Shown one piece after another: positions 63,768 to 64,000 of a stretch of DNA of 64,000 bases (positions are counted from its first letter, which is position 1; the number at the start of each line of letters is the position of its first letter). The DNA lies in NCBI GenBank assembly GCA_963762555.1, contig CAVXLO010000049.1:35090-99089 (forward strand). Direction: 5' to 3'. The position numbers and the translations under genes are program-made. The notes beneath the pieces were generated by a model. That model was not told where the DNA came from. It was given only the letters and a program-made list of their open reading frames with translations, and searched no databases. The DNA comes from an uncultured Verrucomicrobiae bacterium (GTDB lineage Bacteria > Verrucomicrobiota > Verrucomicrobiia > Limisphaerales > UBA8199).

Positions 63768-64000
63768 GTGACGCCTACGCATGGTGACTTGCTGGCGTTG
63801 GCACCCGAGAAATTGGCCGCGGTGGGCATCGTAAGGCTGAACTTGGTTTGCGAGCAGGGTCTTTCGGGCACTGCGGACTTGGAGATCAACAGCGCGCTCA
63901 ATTTGGTCGGCCAAATGGCAGCTCGGGTCAAAGCGGAGACTCAGCGTCACCTGTATCGGTTTAAGCAGAATCCGGGCGAGTTCGAGCATTCCGAAGGTTT
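63768..64000 (+). CDS. Second transglutaminase-like (SirB1-type) paralog, 5' region only (runs off the window); it lacks the TM segment of the first copy
   Basis: Own translation from GTG at 63768: VTPTHGDLLALAPEKLAAVGIVRLNLVCEQGLSGTADLEINSALNLVGQMAARVKAETQRHLYRFKQNPGEFEHSEG. It is collinear with 61640-61840, and the last ~55 nt before the final codons are identical at DNA level. Confidence 0.6.
   Translation, partial: MTPTHGDLLALAPEKLAAVGIVRLNLVCEQGLSGTADLEINSALNLVGQMAARVKAETQRHLYRFKQNPGEFEHSEG

Overview
High-GC bacterial chromosomal segment. The gene content looks Verrucomicrobiota/PVC-like, but that is inference only: giant secreted proteins with autotransporter-associated beta-strand repeats, PA14, LamG-like and HAF repeats, a sulfatase, Sec-signal RHS toxins, and dense REP-like palindromes that translate as ...PLSP..GEG.... 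All calls come from reading the ORF translations and the DNA by eye; no searches were run.

Layout:
(1) 1-11.5 kb is housekeeping and glycan genes: a partial GH-like gene, pncB-pncA divergent from a sirtuin, an alpha/beta hydrolase, accD, comF and a GH2. Several of these are broken by frameshifts.
(2) 11.6-18.6 kb is an AT-richer accessory patch. It holds a retropepsin-like ORF, a DUF433 stub, an integrase N-terminal stub cut by a 29-bp hairpin, four same-strand orphan ORFs (including a HAF-repeat protein), a resolvase stub, vapBC and a DUF4338/IS66 chimera.
(3) 18.6-31.7 kb holds two giant secreted proteins, a mannose-6-P-isomerase-like gene and a secreted GH-like protein, with REP-packed spacers between them.
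(4) 31.9-34.2 kb is a frameshifted IS110/IS1111-type element sitting inside a TACGA-motif repeat array, with a structured 3' non-coding region (candidate bridge/seek RNA).
(5) 34.3-47.3 kb is a polymorphic-toxin locus on the minus strand: ECF sigma, a 1060-aa secreted protein, a 1717-aa RHS with a C39-like peptidase domain, a HEAT-repeat lipoprotein, a palindromic element, a start-less orphan RHS cassette and a candidate immunity gene.
(6) 47.3-54.6 kb holds a DUF4185/LamG secreted protein, a GntR regulator, a ROK kinase, a sulfatase and large composite palindromes.
(7) 54.9-64 kb is a second toxin region, where a large secreted protein is ATGA-coupled to a short RHS-core toxin with a phospholipase-C-like tip, followed by a lipoprotein. 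After that comes a repeating unit of a transglutaminase-like protein, then a signal-peptide + RHS-tip + HExxH toxin, then a lipoprotein.

No rRNA, tRNA or CRISPR array was recognised. About a dozen apparent frameshifts are present, so assembly indel error versus real gene decay must be resolved before any biology is built on them.
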